DNA of 64,000 nt from Eledone cirrhosa (taxonomy: Eukaryota), in the NCBI GenBank assembly GCA_964016885.1, contig OZ024746.1:35712001-35776000 (forward strand), written 5' to 3'. Every line of letters begins with the position of its first letter. The first letter of the stretch is position 1. Under the pieces are notes generated by a model, which worked only from the letters and a program-made list of their open reading frames with translations, was not told the DNA's origin and searched no databases. Shown piece after piece: positions 1 to 14,901 of this stretch. Made by a program: the position numbers and the translations under genes.

Positions 1-62
1 CGAAATATTTTGCTCAAGAACACAACAACCACCCGGCAGAGTAATCGAACCCTCGTCATTAT
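1..62 (-). mobile_element. SINE family 2 fragment
   Basis: ttgctcaagaacacaac...atcgaaccc matches the SINE2 copies at 41090, 44620 and 60900. Confidence 0.5.
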
Positions 63-1242
63 GCCCGTGGTTCCAAAAGGGAACGTGCCTCCACTTTATA
101 TTTATATATACACATTAAGCAATTTGATATCCAATAGAATCTCGAGGGACCAACTATTGTTGTAGAATAGATTACCGCTGTGGATATATATATATATTAG
201 TATAGTGTACCATTGACTGTATACTGATGGAAATGGATCGTGTTTAAGAATGCATCATGTACAGAATACACTTAATATTATTTCATTTAGCATTCATTTT
301 CATAAGTGTCTTAAGAATACAGAATTACCACAAGCACAGAAAATACGTACCAAGTAATGGAATAAAGGGAAGGGGGAGCGCAAAATCCCCATCAAATCTG
401 CTACAATCATGAATGTGTCTATTGATCTTTCTATAGGTTTTTCGTCCATACGATATGTCTTATGAAAACATCCGCTACGTTTATCGGAATTTTAAACATC
501 GCAGTTCATTTACGTAACAATGATTATCACAAAATTAATAACTGAACACAAAATAACGGTTAAAATAATTGTTTAACTGATTTCCTTCATGTTCATTACA
601 TTCCTGAAAACAAAACCAAAGAGACTTTTGTACATTATTAAAGAATACACTATCAATATTTGCATTTCGTATCCTTAATTTTTCTTTTAATTCTATAGCA
701 ATTATCACATTTACTTACAGAAGGTAACAAATATGAAGATATTATGTCAAAGTGTTATTTTACTGGTGCGACACTTTTGTGCAAGTCTATATAAAGGTGA
801 AAATTACCGTCTGATGACCTGGAACCTGAGACGCATGGTTGTAGATAGGGATGTTTCGGTCACACTTCCCAGACTCACATCAACCCGCATAGATTCCTAA
901 TATAATAATATATAACGATTATTATTTTAGTTTAGAATTTGATATTCCTTCATAATTCCGAATGTAAAAGGAAAAGCGATTTCAAAAGCATTATGAGTAA
1001 ATTCAATATACGTTTTTGCGGCTGCATTTGCAATGTGCCACTACAGATGCAATGAAGAGAGTATAGACATACATATATATGTATCTAAGAAACTCTTCCT
1101 ACATATACAGATACTAACGTACATACATCTGCACAAACCGATACACACACACAAGGGATAAATGAAACTTATACGGATTACATACCGATCTTCCGAAAAT
1201 CCGAATGTTACAAAATAGTAACTGACACACTGACTACATATG

Positions 1243-1451
<209 letters not shown>

Positions 1452-1666
1452 AAATAGCATACACTGAATCGCTCTCCAGATAGCTAATGCTGTGTTCAAC
1501 ATGCGCATTATCTCTACCTTAATGAAGCTGTCAGAATTGTCAGCGAATATCCTTAATAGCAGTTGACGTTTTGTGTTAGAGCGCTTCTAGTATGATTCCA
1601 TCGCATCTAGATTCTTGGAGATACATAAGCACTACCAAACGTACACAGGTGCACAAATATATGCTC

Positions 1667-1742
<76 letters not shown>

Positions 1743-2149
1743 AGAGAGAGATAGTGAGAAAGCAAGAGAGAGGAGGGAAAGATAGAGAATGAGAGATTCT
1801 TTCAAGTTTCTCTTTACATGTTATTCATAATTTCTCGACTTCTTCCTCTGTACCTAATTATAATTCATATCACCACCTATATACTTCTCGTCTAATTCGT
1901 CCTAGAATGTCTTCATCATATGAATATTTACTGATAGACGTATACTTCACATGGCTACCGTCTGTTGTTTTACCAGTGCCTGTCTCAAATGAGACTCAAC
2001 TTGTTATATAATCGCGATTTTGATTCTATTCTACCATGAATGCTATTATAAGATTTTCATCAAATAGAATTATACATATGCATGTATACATAATTACACA
2101 CACACGCATCCACACGCACCCCCACACCCCCCCACACACACACACCCAT

Positions 2150-2315
<166 letters not shown>

Positions 2316-2700
2316 TTAAAAATAGCAGATCGGACTTATGATATTCTTTTAAGGTTTTAATGTTACAAAACAAACTATACATATTTTCTTGGCCTTGTTA
2401 ACATCATTCGAACATGTCGTAAGGCCTAAGCGACATAACCAGGGTGTGGATTGTATAATTAGTTAATCAGCAAAAGAATTGGGGCAAATACAGACATATA
2501 ATAGTGAATATATTTGAATTGGAGACGGCCTGTGAATTGGATGTTATTGTTAATATAAACCATAGCCACAGGATACCGTATCTACAATGGATTAGATGTA
2601 TGGCGTAGTTTGTTTTTCACACTGTTACATCATGATCTGCTAACAACATATATCTATTTCGCTCTCTGTATATATACATACAGAGACATATATATTACAA

Positions 2701-2884
2701 AGGAGGTGTGGTAAGGATCCTGATGGACCATAAAGCACCAGAGTACTCAATACTTAGGGTAGTAAAGTGGGTAATAGGAAAAGGTTTAACCCCGACGGCA
2801 GAGCTCTAGCCGTTTCGACGGCTTTTTCTGGACTCGAGAAATAGCCTTCGAAACGGCATGAGTTCTGACGTCGGGGTTAAACTT

Positions 2885-2890
<6 letters not shown>
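2701..2890. mobile_element. family Z mini-element with terminal fold-back (half hammerhead)
   Basis: Inverted repeat ~2778-2888 (aaaaggtttaaccccgacg.../...cgtcggggttaaactttt). Homologous to 52350-52554 and 34939-34997. Confidence 0.8.
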
Positions 2891-2927
<37 letters not shown>

Positions 2928-3196
2928 TAGATAGATAGAGAGAGAGAGAAAGAGAGAGAGAGATAGAGAGATATAGATAGATAGAGAGATAGATAGATAG
3001 AGAGAGAGAGTGAGAGAGAGAGAGAGAAAATAAGTCAAAATCTCCACCGCGATGCCAAGGCGTCGCTGTATATTTTTTGTCTTCCTATGCTTCTTCCTAT
3101 TCTTAGAGTACTCTACTGAATTGTCGCCCATTCCTTCTCAACACTGCGCACTATATACACGTGTTAGTGTGTGTGTGTATGTGTGTGTGTGTGTAT

Positions 3197-3237
<41 letters not shown>

Positions 3238-3299
3238 TGTGTGTGTTTGTGTGTGTGCGTGTGTTTGTTTGTGTCTGCGTGTGCAGAGGCAAAATATTA

Positions 3300-3485
3300 A
3301 TAATTGTTTCTACTTTTGTCACAAGACCAGCAATTATACCCGTGCATTACTGGTACTTTATTTTATCGAACCTGTAACGATGAAAGGCAAAGGTAACCTA
3401 GATGAGATTTGAACTCAGAACGTAAAGTGCCATAGCTCTATTCTGTACAGCATTGACGCTCTACCGACACTGCCAATTCACCGCC

Positions 3486-3486
<1 letters not shown>
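3300..3486 (-). mobile_element. tRNA-derived SINE family 1 (CORE-like, resembles octopus OR-type SINEs)
   Basis: Minus strand has tggcagtgtcggtagagc (A-box-like), gagttcaaatc (B-box-like) and gcctttcatc...gttcgataaaataaagtaccagt. At least 7 copies in the window. Confidence 0.8.
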
Positions 3487-3527
<41 letters not shown>

Positions 3528-4289
3528 TAAGAAGAAGAAGAAGAAGATAAGGGAAGTAGACGCACGTGGTGGATAGAAGCTCATGAAATCGCTCCCGTAA
3601 GTTTTTGAATTTTAACATATTTAAATCAATTATGAAATAACAATTCTTAGTACAAATGATACATAAAGCACCAGACTCAAGTCTCATAAAATTCGGATCC
3701 ATAATATCCTGTTATATCGCTCAAATATTTAATTTTGTATTATACATTTTATAGTCAAAAAAGAAAATGGTTATGAATGGAAGAAAACCCCCTCTGTCTA
3801 CACTATATAGTACAGCCAAATAACAGCAATTACACCAACACCACAAACTAGACACACCACCTACCCCATCACCCCTCTGTGTACAGTAAATACAACAGCC
3901 AGATAACGGCAGTTTCACCACCACCACCACCAATCCCAGCATAATAATAATAATTACTATTATTATTGTCTCAAGTTTTCATAAAATGTTTAATTCCAAT
4001 ATTAAAGGAATATTTCAACGTATATATTAAACATACGCGACAAACGCATAGATACACAGATCAAACAAAACTACAGTCTATTCAACAAAACTCAGTAACG
4101 ACAACGCCATCACTATAGTCACCGCCGCCACCACTCCATACATCATTGCTACCACTATCCCATCACCGCCGCCACCACTCCTTCATTGCTACCACCACTA
4201 TTCCCCCATTACTTTCTGTTAACTTAAGAAAGGGGAAGGTGGCGGTATCACTAGACAAGGGAGAGGCTAGCAAAATATATAAATTGATT

Positions 4290-7255
4290 GACTTAGTGAC
4301 CCGGCCACCGGCCAAACGTCAACGACTATGGCACTGCTGGCTCCCCCCTTCCCCACCAACAACAGAAAAAGCCCCAGCACCAACACCGACATAGCCAACA
4401 ACAATAACAGGCAACTTCAGCAAAAAGTATATTATATTATTAATAATTCATTCTTAAGCCACGCAATGCTCACATTAAGGAAACACTCATAATAATAACA
4501 ATTTAAAAAAACAACAAAAAAGAAAACCCCGTGACCAAGAAATACCGGGATGGCGGCCGGCGGGGAATAGCCGTGTCTCTAGGAGAGGACGACCCCTCTA
4601 GTCTTGGTTGACACTCGTCCTAGAAATGGTAACGCGAAATGATTACCACTTGGCGGATAAGGATAAAACGCGACAAAATAAAGTAAATGTCTAATGATAA
4701 AATCTCATACCGGATCGGCCGTCACCCGGGTCAAAAAGGACCGCGTCCCTCAGAGAAGAACCAGACTGGGGTCGAAAAATCAGCTAATGGTTCAAACCTT
4801 CCCAGACTTCGGAGCTAGAGACCTCCCATAACCGGAATACTCCTACTGTTGGCCCTCCATGCTCACCACCAAGAAATCCAAAGAAAAAGAGAGAAAAATG
4901 GTCAAGGGAAGATAATAAAGAAGTCCTTGAGGCTTTCTACACTGCCATGTAGTATCCATAAAACACATCGAATACAGAACAGACATATATCAACTGGAAA
5001 AAGAAACATCCCGAAAACAGAGGCTATATTGACAGTAACAAACTAGCCAATATTCGAAGAAATATTGTAAAAAAAAAGTTACTAACTCTTATAGACATTG
5101 ATCAGATCAAGCTATTAGCACAAAGTCAGCGAAGGGAAAATGAAACATGTGTCAGTGGAAACGAGGTAAATTGTAACACTTCGAATCCCAGGGTTGGGGC
5201 GGAATCACTGACGACAGAACAAATTAAAGAAAGGAGCGAAAAAGTGGTGGGAGTGCATGCTCAAGATGAAACTCAAAATGAAAACAATGAGATCGTAAAT
5301 GATAAAGAAATGAATGAGAATGAACTTGCCAACTTGAAGGATGAAATTATGATCGAATGGATGAAAATGAAAGAATCTGACATGGGGGAACGAGACACCC
5401 TCCCTAAGATCCAGAACTCCAAACAGAACCAAAAGATAATACACAAGGCTCAAATACATAATTCTCAAAAACATTATCATCACAAACAAACTAAACATTA
5501 CTGATTTAAATCATCTTTATTATGCATCGGCTAAAGTCACCGCTCACTTATGTGGAGTGAAGATGAAAAAACAAAGGAATTCCCACAAGAAATCTACTTG
5601 GCAAGAGAACATCAATCGCCAAATAAACCTTCTCCGATCTGACATAGAAATTTTAACAAACTATAAAGTAGGTGAACATGTTAAACAAACTAAACTTAGA
5701 AAATTGAAAAGAAAGTACAGTATAAAATCAACAAGTGACATAGACATGCTGATAGAAATAAACAAGCAAAAAGTGTCGGCCAAATCTGCTCGTATAAGGC
5801 GCTTTGAAAAACGATCTAGATTCTATAAGGACAATAATATGTTCAAAAACAACCAAATACACTTCTACAGAAAAATTGGTAAGTCAACAATAACTGCTAA
5901 ATCAATACCACCCAAAGGAGGAAGTGCAAGAATTCTGGAAAAAGATCTGGGTCGAAGAAAAAGTTCATAATATACATGCCCCATGGATAGACAGACAAAT
6001 GAAAGATACAGCTCACCTTGAGGAACAAATATGGGAAAATATAACAGTTGAACAGTTGCGTTTGGTTCTAAGAAAAACCAGCAAATGGAAATCCCCAGGA
6101 AAAGACAAAATACAACATTTTTGGATAAATGCCTTCACAGAGTCTCATGAACTGTTATCCCAACTTTGGAATGAAATAGTTAAGGAGCCAGAAAATATAC
6201 TATCGTGGCTAGTTAACGGCATTACATTCCTGCTTCCGAAGAATGATGAGACAAACAATCCCCAAAAGTACAGACCGATAACTTGCTTGACACAATGTAT
6301 CAAATTTTAACATCAGTCCTAACTGAATATACATATGAACACCTGATAACAAATGATCTATTTCCCAATGAGCAGAAAGGGTGTAAACGAGGCTCATATG
6401 GCTGTAAGGATCAGCTTTTGGTTAACAAAATGATACTGGAAGATTGTCATAATAGACACAAAAATCTATCAATTGCTTGGATAGATTATAAAAAAGCATT
6501 CGATAGCTTGCCACACAGTTGGATTGAAAAATGTTTAGAGATTTTCAAAGTATATCCCGTTGTCAGGAGGTTCCTGTCATTCAGTATGAAGACATGGAAA
6601 ACGACACTCCTTTTGAATAGTGAAAATATCACTGGAAGCTGGAGAAGTTAATATTAATTGTGGAAATTTTCAGGGTGACTCTTTATCACCGCTTTTATTC
6701 TGCATCGCACTTATACTATTGAGTAAAATGCTCAATGAAACAAAACATGAATATAAAGTCTATGACAAAACCATTAATCCCTTGTTCTACATGGATGACC
6801 TGAAACTATTTGCAAAAAATGATGAACAATTGCAGTTCAGTGATGACATTAAAATGGAGTTTGGACTAGATAAATGCGCCAAAGCAACGTTCACCAGGGA
6901 AAAGCTGCTGAAAATGTCAGACATTAATCTTGATCGGGGGAATTTGATAAGAGAACTTGATTAAGAGGAAACTTACAAATATCTAGGTGTTTGTGAAGGA
7001 GACGGAATGAAGCACTCGACAGTGAGGGAAAGGATAAGTAAGGAATGTTACCGCAGAGTAAGAGCAATCTTAAGAACGGAATTGAATGCAAATAATAGGA
7101 TCAATGCCATAAATACGCTTGCCATACCAGTAGTAAACTACAGTTACAATGTCATCAACTGGTCAAGCACAGAGTTCCGTATACTTGATACAAAAATTAG
7201 AAAATTCTTAACCATGCACAGAATGCATCACCCTAAGGCAGATACAGATATAATA
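4290..7255 (+). mobile_element. R4/Dong-like non-LTR retrotransposon, frameshifted and 3'-truncated
   Basis: Consecutive ORF pieces: KWSREDNKEV, WKSPGKDKI, KYRPITCL, PNEQKGCKRGSYGCKDQLL, AWIDYKKAFDSLPH, FQGDSLSPLLF, FYMDDLKLF, FGLDKCA, HHPKAD. Confidence 0.9.
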
Positions 7256-8789
7256 TAACGATATAATATAACGACTACATAATATTTGCACACGTGACTG
7301 CTTGACTACAAGGGACAATGTCATTTATTTTATTTATCATTCTTGTAGACAAGGCGTAATAACGAAGGTGTTTTAATTATCCAGATTATATTTGGTATAT
7401 TTGTCACCAAGGAAATCTGAATGAACAAAAAATCGCTGATTTGTTTAAATAACATTTACTTTTCTTACAGGTCAATATAATATATAAAGTTTCAAGACTG
7501 GGCTCAAAGTTTGGGCAGAGCGTTTGTGGCAATGCAATAAGAGGATATGGTTGGAATGCAGAGGAGCAAGGTTTTTGCTTTGTCATTAACAAGAATATCC
7601 ATCGAAATAATCAGAACAAGTAGTCGTATGCTAATCGAATATCAGCAATATTATGTCATCCAAACTTAATTGAAGTGTCCTATGAAGTTGTCTTATTAGT
7701 CAGTAAGATAAATGGAAACGGGATAGAGATTTACAACGCAATACATCAATTGCACAATGGTGTAACCAACTTGAATTTAGAGAAATCAATAATAATTTGA
7801 ATCGCACATTTGACTCCTGGTACAAGCTGAATTGAAATAATTTATTTCCTCCGGCAACTGAGATTGCTTTTTAGCATCAGAGTCTTTTTTACAAATATTG
7901 ATCCATCTACATTCATTTTGCAGTAGTTTCGATAGGATATTGTAATGTGTTATTTTAAACAACTGTATTCTACCTCTGAGAAATAGGTGTGTGTCTATTC
8001 TTCCAGAAACAAAAACATGCAAGCTAGCAATGTCGTCAGTTGGCAATTTCTGAAGATGCAAATTCTGGGCAACTTCTTCTGAAAATCAGGTAAACATAGA
8101 ATCCGTGTTAGTTAGGCTAATATGACTGCTGCTTCAAATATAATCATTGGATAAAGAAAATTGAGAGAAGATATGCTAGAAAATACTGTAAAACAAATTT
8201 TTTTTCCATTCACTATAACATACCGAAAATAGGATAATGAAGCATTTTCTAAAAAAACTTTGCACAAACACGGTTTACGCCATGGTTACGTGTGCGATAA
8301 CTTCCCCGGAAGTAATGGATAAACGTAAAACAGATAAAAGAGCTTACAACAGTTCTTAGGAGTACGACACTGAGTTTTGTGCTAGATTGTTGTAGTTGTC
8401 AAAAGATTTATTGATGAATACATAAACATATATTATGAATCATCTAAAAAGCAAAGACTGAAGTTGATAGAGAAAACGGATAGTATAATCGGAATCAACG
8501 TCCGAAATTTACTCAAGAACATATATAACTTCTAAGACACACAGGAAGGGGTTAGCTTCTGGCGCTTTTTATTTTCCTATCTTTGACGATTGGTACTCGA
8601 GTCATAGCACATTCTAGAATAATTAAAATATTGGAATAATTGAACACAAGCAGAGAATAAAGAGATTCGAATTTTCTGTCAAGTTTATATGTCTACATAT
8701 TAGATATGTGTATATATTTATAGATATTAGAACACTCTCGGTTACACACTCTGATAGACTATACATATATATTTATATCCGTATTTTTA

Positions 8790-8993
8790 ACCGTTCGTCA
8801 ATCAATGATAAACATTGATTGCCAGATAAATTAACTATGGATATATAAAAGATAGAGAAGCGAAAACCATCCCAAACCAAACAGTGAGTGTGTTATATTA
8901 TTATTTGTGGCATTATTATAATAATATGACCCTCCCCAAGTATAAAAATATTTGTTTCGACACACGATTTCATATCAAATCCTTGCAAAGCAA

Positions 8994-8996
<3 letters not shown>
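8790..8996 (+). repeat. solo 3' terminal repeat (family M) of the PLE at 48885-51525
   Basis: gaagcgaaaacca...aaacagtgagtgtgtt...tgaccctccccaagtataa is shared with 51370-51520 and, inverted, 18020-18170. Confidence 0.75.
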
Positions 8997-9025
<29 letters not shown>

Positions 9026-9204
9026 TATATATATATAAGGCGGTCTGTCGAAATTACAACAGCCATCCCCCTGATCACCTTCAGGTCAATTATTGTTTCT
9101 CTGCTTTCTCACCTTGTATCATCTTGGATTGTGTTTACCATAATTCCTTTATTATATAACTATTATGCAATATACACCTAATGTTGGCCACTGAAATGTA
9201 TATA

Positions 9205-9392
9205 TTTGTTTCTAATGTTGGCACAAGGCCAGCAATTAACCAGTACATTACTGGTACTTTATTTTATCGACCCCGTAAGGATGAAAGGCAAAGTTAAACT
9301 TGGCGGGATTTGAACTTAGACCACAAAGGGCCGTAACTCGTTGCTGCAAAGCATGGCGTCCGACTCTCTACTGATACTGCCAATCCACAGCT
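9205..9392 (-). mobile_element. SINE family 1
   Basis: ttatcgaccccgtaaggatgaaaggcaaagt...gggatttgaac. Confidence 0.85.
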
Positions 9393-9482
9393 ATGAAATG
9401 TATATAATGTTTTCAGAAATAAAGATTTGAAGGATTTTCACCAATCCGGCCTCCTGTTATTTTATTCAATAATATATATATT

Positions 9483-9597
<115 letters not shown>

Positions 9598-10218
9598 ATG
9601 TATGTGTGTGTGTGTATGCGTGTGCGCTTGTATATGTATGTGTGCGTGTCTTACTGTCTGTCTCTGTGTATGTATTCGATTCCTTGTATCATTGTCTTTT
9701 GTAATACATGGTGTTTATACATATGCCAGCGTTAGGTTACTTCATATAATTAATATAAGCAGAGATTTGTTAGCTTTCATAGCCATAGTTACGCTAAGTT
9801 CCTAACACATTCTTTTTTCTTTACAGAATGTTTCTTTATCTTTTATTGAAAAATCTAAAATGCTGAAAATATTTAACATACTCAAATATTAAGAAAAGAA
9901 GAAAAGAAAAAGCGTATTCATTTCGGGTGTGCAATGTATGAAAACATGTAATGAGGGCATTTGGCAATGATTATGTTTAGAAGAGTGGCATATTTCCAGA
10001 AATCAAATACGTTCAGACGTTTTTCTTTTTAGAAACACAACGAAATGAGTCGCCGATTTTGAAATAGAATTTTTTAATGATAATTTCAGTCCCCTTATTT
10101 TTATTTAATGACTGATTTTGCAGATTTCACATCTAATTTAATCATCGGCGTTATTCGGGAATAGTATCATCAGGCAAAACTATAAGGTTATTACACAAAT
10201 ATGACCCCCCCCCCCCAA

Positions 10219-10340
<122 letters not shown>

Positions 10341-10682
10341 ATGCTTTGGGAGAGTCATGTTGCCAATAAGAAACAAATGTTTGTTTGTTCTATGTGTGTT
10401 TTCATTTTGCCTTAATTGTAAGTTGTGATGTTGCTGTTCCATTCATGTTTCTATTTAATTTTGGTTGGAGTTCATTTATGTTTATTGCCTCTGTGATTTG
10501 TCTAAACATTGCGTCTTTTATGTGTGTTGATTTTATTTTTATTTCTATGTTCCCAAATTTACCCTTATCTTCTATTTTAGCATGACTCTATCAAAGCATA
10601 ACAATATATGTTTCAACACACGTTTTCAGATAAAGAATCTTGCTAAACAAATTAGGAAACGATATAAATATATATATATTTA

Positions 10683-10991
10683 TATCACAATAAAAAAGAG
10701 AATCTGTGTTGCGACGAATGAAATTTATTGGACATATTACAATCGTTGCTCTGGCGACCAGTTCGAGGCACGATCGATGTGATAATCGAACCTGACTCTG
10801 AAAATCGCAAGGTCCTATGTCATAGGAAAATTTGCTTCGTAGAATCAAGATGTATCTGAGGACCTTGTGATTTTCAGAGTCAGATCGATCATCACATGGA
10901 TCGTGCCTCGATCTGGTCGCCAGAGAAACGATTGTAACGTGTCCAATAAATTCCATTCTTCGAAACACTGATTCTCATTTCCTTGTGATAT
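10683..10991. mobile_element. family H fold-back mini-element, degenerate hammerhead on + at ~10850-10942
   Basis: Arms ~10683-10815 and ~10859-10991 are reverse complements. CTGAGGA...GAAA cgattg TA is present. Homologue at 25216-25385. Confidence 0.8.
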
Positions 10992-11139
10992 CATGCTCTG
11001 CCCTATGAGAGTATCGAGTGCTCATACGGCTTACCGCATACGGACAATTTAAGCAATTATATATATATATATATGTATATAATATATATATACATATACG
11101 GCCTGCCGCTTACGGACCCTTTAAGCATCCCACACCAAT

Positions 11140-11184
<45 letters not shown>

Positions 11185-11310
11185 GTAGGAGGTGAGTTTT
11201 ATTGTAGTACAATAAAGCAATGCAGATATCGGATAAGAAGCACTCTACAGTTTGTAGGACTGGAGTATGCATAATATAAGATCAAAAGATGGTTAAAGGA
11301 GTTCCATGTA

Positions 11311-11377
11311 TTTTATTATGCGCATTTCAAAAACAAACATCATCATACAATAATATTTGTGTTTTCATCAGATAAAA
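11311..11377 (-). ncRNA. type I hammerhead ribozyme (family A)
   Basis: Reverse complement reads TTTTAT CTGATGA stem II GAAA TGCGCA TA|ATAAAA. Confidence 0.8.
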
Positions 11378-11493
11378 CAGGAGAACATGATATGGAGGCT
11401 AAAAAACACTTGTGGATAGTGCACTTGTGGATATGTTGATTTAAAACTGCACTATCCACAAGTGTTTTTTAGCCTCCATATCATGTTCTCCTG

Positions 11494-11560
11494 TTTTATC
11501 TGATGAAAACACAAATATTATTGCATGATGATGTTTGTTTTTGAAATGCGCATAATAAAA
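11494..11560 (+). ncRNA. type I hammerhead ribozyme (family A)
   Basis: TTTTAT CTGATGA aaacacaaatattattgcatgatgatgtttgttttt GAAA TGCGCA TA|ATAAAA. Confidence 0.8.
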
Positions 11561-11596
11561 TACATGGAACTCCTTTAACCATCTTTTGATCTTATA

Positions 11597-11706
<110 letters not shown>

Positions 11707-11711
11707 ATATG

Positions 11712-11772
<61 letters not shown>

Positions 11773-11849
11773 TTATATATATATGTATATACACACACAC
11801 ACAAACACACACACACACACATACATATCTATCTATCTAGGGCGGGTAA

Positions 11850-12085
11850 AATTCCCGAGATCCATGAACGAGTTCTCTCCAATGGTCTCTGTCCCTCATT
11901 AACACTGCCATGTCCTGCTCTCCAACAGACCAGTGTCTATGCTTAGAGCATCAACATATGTTAACCTTGGCCTTCCTCTTTCAGTGTGTCCCAGTAGGAG
12001 CTCCCACAGGAGCACTGAGTGCAGTGTCAACTCTGGATGTCGGTGAGCATGTAGAGCTAACCTCAGTCTCCTCAGTGTCACTTTT
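11850..12085 (-). mobile_element. RTE-clade LINE 3' coding fragment
   Basis: RRLRLALHAHRHPEL...LLWE...GHTERGRPRLTYVDAL resembles the RTE C-terminus. Confidence 0.7.
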
Positions 12086-12449
12086 GATATATGTATTGAT
12101 TAAAAAATCAAAAATCATGAATTCAATATTCAACAAATCTTAAGTGTTATAATTAATCATTTATTTTGAATATTTAATGGCTAATTATTATTAATTTAGA
12201 TTTGACATTTAATACTGGAATAATATTATATATCTTATCAGTTCAATATTATGTAACAGTGGTTCTGTTTGTAAATATCAGTGTGTGCTCATTTGTGTTT
12301 TGTCGTTTGCTGCCCATGGTCCCGCAATCTATGCATTTATGTATGTATATATGTATGCACGTACATATGTATGTTGTTCTGATTTCATAATTTTATAATT
12401 TTTACCAATAGGGACTGAGAGTCGGTTTCTTAGATTGACACGAGACACT

Positions 12450-13010
12450 TTCATTGGAATTTAGACAACATGAAATAGCTAGACACGTATACATGCCCAC
12501 AGGCGCACATGTGTATGCAGGTATGGATATTATCATGTGTTATATTTGTGCATATGAATATGATATGTACCATGCAGTTATTACAGAATTTTGGGAATGT
12601 TTTACATATATTTAAAGTTCCATGAATGGATTGTACTTGTAATTTCCTAACTAGTCGTGTTCTTTCTTGTTCTGTGAAACCCACATACTCAAGATTTGTA
12701 TGGAGGCAGTTACGAACATATCCCAGTGCCTCAATAATTGCAGGTACAAATCTGCTGGTATAGTCAGTGTGGACTATCCGGAGACTAGTCATTTGTTCTG
12801 CATAAATATTCCATTTTCTTTTTCGCAAAGATTTAATATTATATTGGCATCTGTTCAGCAACTAACTTCCAGTACAGTGCATGCTTTCTTTCCCATGTCC
12901 TATATCATTATATCTTCTCTGTTATTCTTGCTTTTTAACCGGGGTATTCACCAGAACATTCCACCAGTATTCTTATATATTATATATGTGTATCTAGAAA
13001 CATGACAAAC
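12450..13010 (-). mobile_element. C-terminal restriction-like endonuclease region of an R4/Dong-like LINE
   Basis: NNREDIMI..KKACTVLEVSC, PAIIEALGYV, LQVQSIHGTLNICKTF. Confidence 0.7.
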
Positions 13011-13144
13011 TGGTGTTAAAGTGCAGATATTTCAAACTATTAATAAAAAAATAACATCAAATTCCACAAAACCATAAGTTGATTGGTCAGCTGTATTGCT
13101 TGTACCCATATATATATTATTATATATATATATATATATATATA

Positions 13145-14270
13145 CACTATCAGTGGTAACCAGCATTGCACGGGATAGGGTATTTTGGAACGCGGGCCGC
13201 CAACAGACCTAATCGTGGAAAACTGCACGTCTGGACAATATGTAAACAAAATAAACCGAATACTCTGATGGCTGGAAAATCTAAGATTTTCTTCGATGAA
13301 GCAGGAAAAAGGTAGGTTTTCACCTAATGCGGGCGCTAGGGGATCAAGAAACTGAATTGTTTTTATGTGCATAATATGCCTTGAAATTTCGGGAAAATCG
13401 GCTAGACGTAACGCCTCAAAAAAGCCATAAAAAGCTGACAAAAATGAAGTTTTTCATCTAATGCGGACCCTAGGCGGTAAAACAGTTGGACTTTCTTTGC
13501 TAGCTGTATGAAGAAGAGACTGACTAACACATTTACAATTTCAAGGAAATCGGTCTGACGTAACGCCTCAAAAAAGCACTAAAATGCTGGAAAAAACGCA
13601 GTTTTCACCTAATGCGGGGCCTAGGGTGTCAACAAGTTGAATTCTTTTATGTCCATAACACCCCTTGAAATATAAATAATACACCTGTAAAGTTTGAAAA
13701 AGATTGATTGGTTACTTCTCGGGTTTCACACACACACAAATACACACACATACACACATACACATATACATGGTGGCTGCCAACTCGTTTTCGATTACGG
13801 CCACTACTTTATATCCATGTAGGAGAACCCCTACCGATGCGCTGAACGAGTGTAACTTGTTAGTCCAGCCAGTGACTTGAAAACTATGGTACAAACACTA
13901 CACTTGCGACAATTATTGACACATAGTGCTGGGCCCATGGTACTATGTGACGATTAGTGCAGAGAGATCTCCAGATATAAAGCTATTCCTGTGCCGTGAA
14001 ACTTTTATAGTGAGCAAAGGCACTGCACAAAGCCAGTCCTACTCTCTTAACCAAGATGATATTTACTAAAAAGAAGAACAAGTTGCAGGTGTTATATCAG
14101 CGTTTTCCTTCTCCTAGAATTCTGCCTTGACAAAGGCTAAGGGTTCATCTCTCAAGGTGATACATACATACATACATACATACATACATACATACATACA
14201 TACATACATACATACATACATACATACATACATACATCCTTCCTCAGTATTATATATATACATATATAGA
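13145..14270 (-). mobile_element. probable non-autonomous Helitron-like element with internal (CATA)n
   Basis: Left end acta..ggtaaccagcattgcacggg resembles a Helitron 3' hairpin on the minus strand. Internal repeats ttttcacctaatgcgg. Right end catcc...tatataga. Confidence 0.5.
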
Positions 14271-14485
14271 TTAAAATAACCGATTACATTTTAAGCAAAG
14301 AATCGTTGCTTTCATTCTAAACGGGATCTTTTGAAACTAAAAACATCAATCTGTGAATGCAGAAGTAAATATTTCGAAAAACGTTTCCACTGAAGGAAAA
14401 CAGGAAGACGATACTTTGGTTCGTGAAGATGTTCCCTGGCAATGAACGGATAATAGCGAACAAAATACGACATCAATGTTCGTCA
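14270..14485. repeat. dispersed repeat family L
   Basis: ttaagcaaagaatcg...ggaagacgatactttggttcgtg. Also at 24695-24940, 48597-48667, 52790-52975, 55830-56248 and 56821-56890. Confidence 0.85.
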
Positions 14486-14901
14486 GAATGTCGTAATGCA
14501 AACAGCCAGGCATACAGACGGATATTATAAGAGCGCGATGGAGATGGATACCCGGTGCGTAACACCCCTTAAACAACAGAAAATTGAAACATAAAAGCTG
14601 CAGTTAATATCTTTAGACCGCAATGAATATATAAATGCAAGTTTGAAGTCAATGGGAGCATAAATGTGGATTTGTATAGACTTTGCAAAAATGAGGACAC
14701 ACACACAGACAACGTCAGTTTTATATATATAGATATATCAATTTATATATATATAGATATATATATATATATATAATACGATAGTAATTACACAATTTGT
14801 CCCTTGTATGAACATAGATATATACTATATGATATAATATAATATAATATAATTGCTTCTACTTTATACCAGTGCATTACTGGTACTTTAACTTATATAA
14901 T

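Noticed and set aside
806-839. accgt CTGATGA...GAGA cgc atggt
   Set aside because: GAGA instead of GAAA, no stem II and no NUH
7455-8520. Possible host exon after tttcttacag, and ORF 7786-8061
   Set aside because: Stops in all frames. A weak resemblance to a decayed LINE endonuclease is too faint to call.
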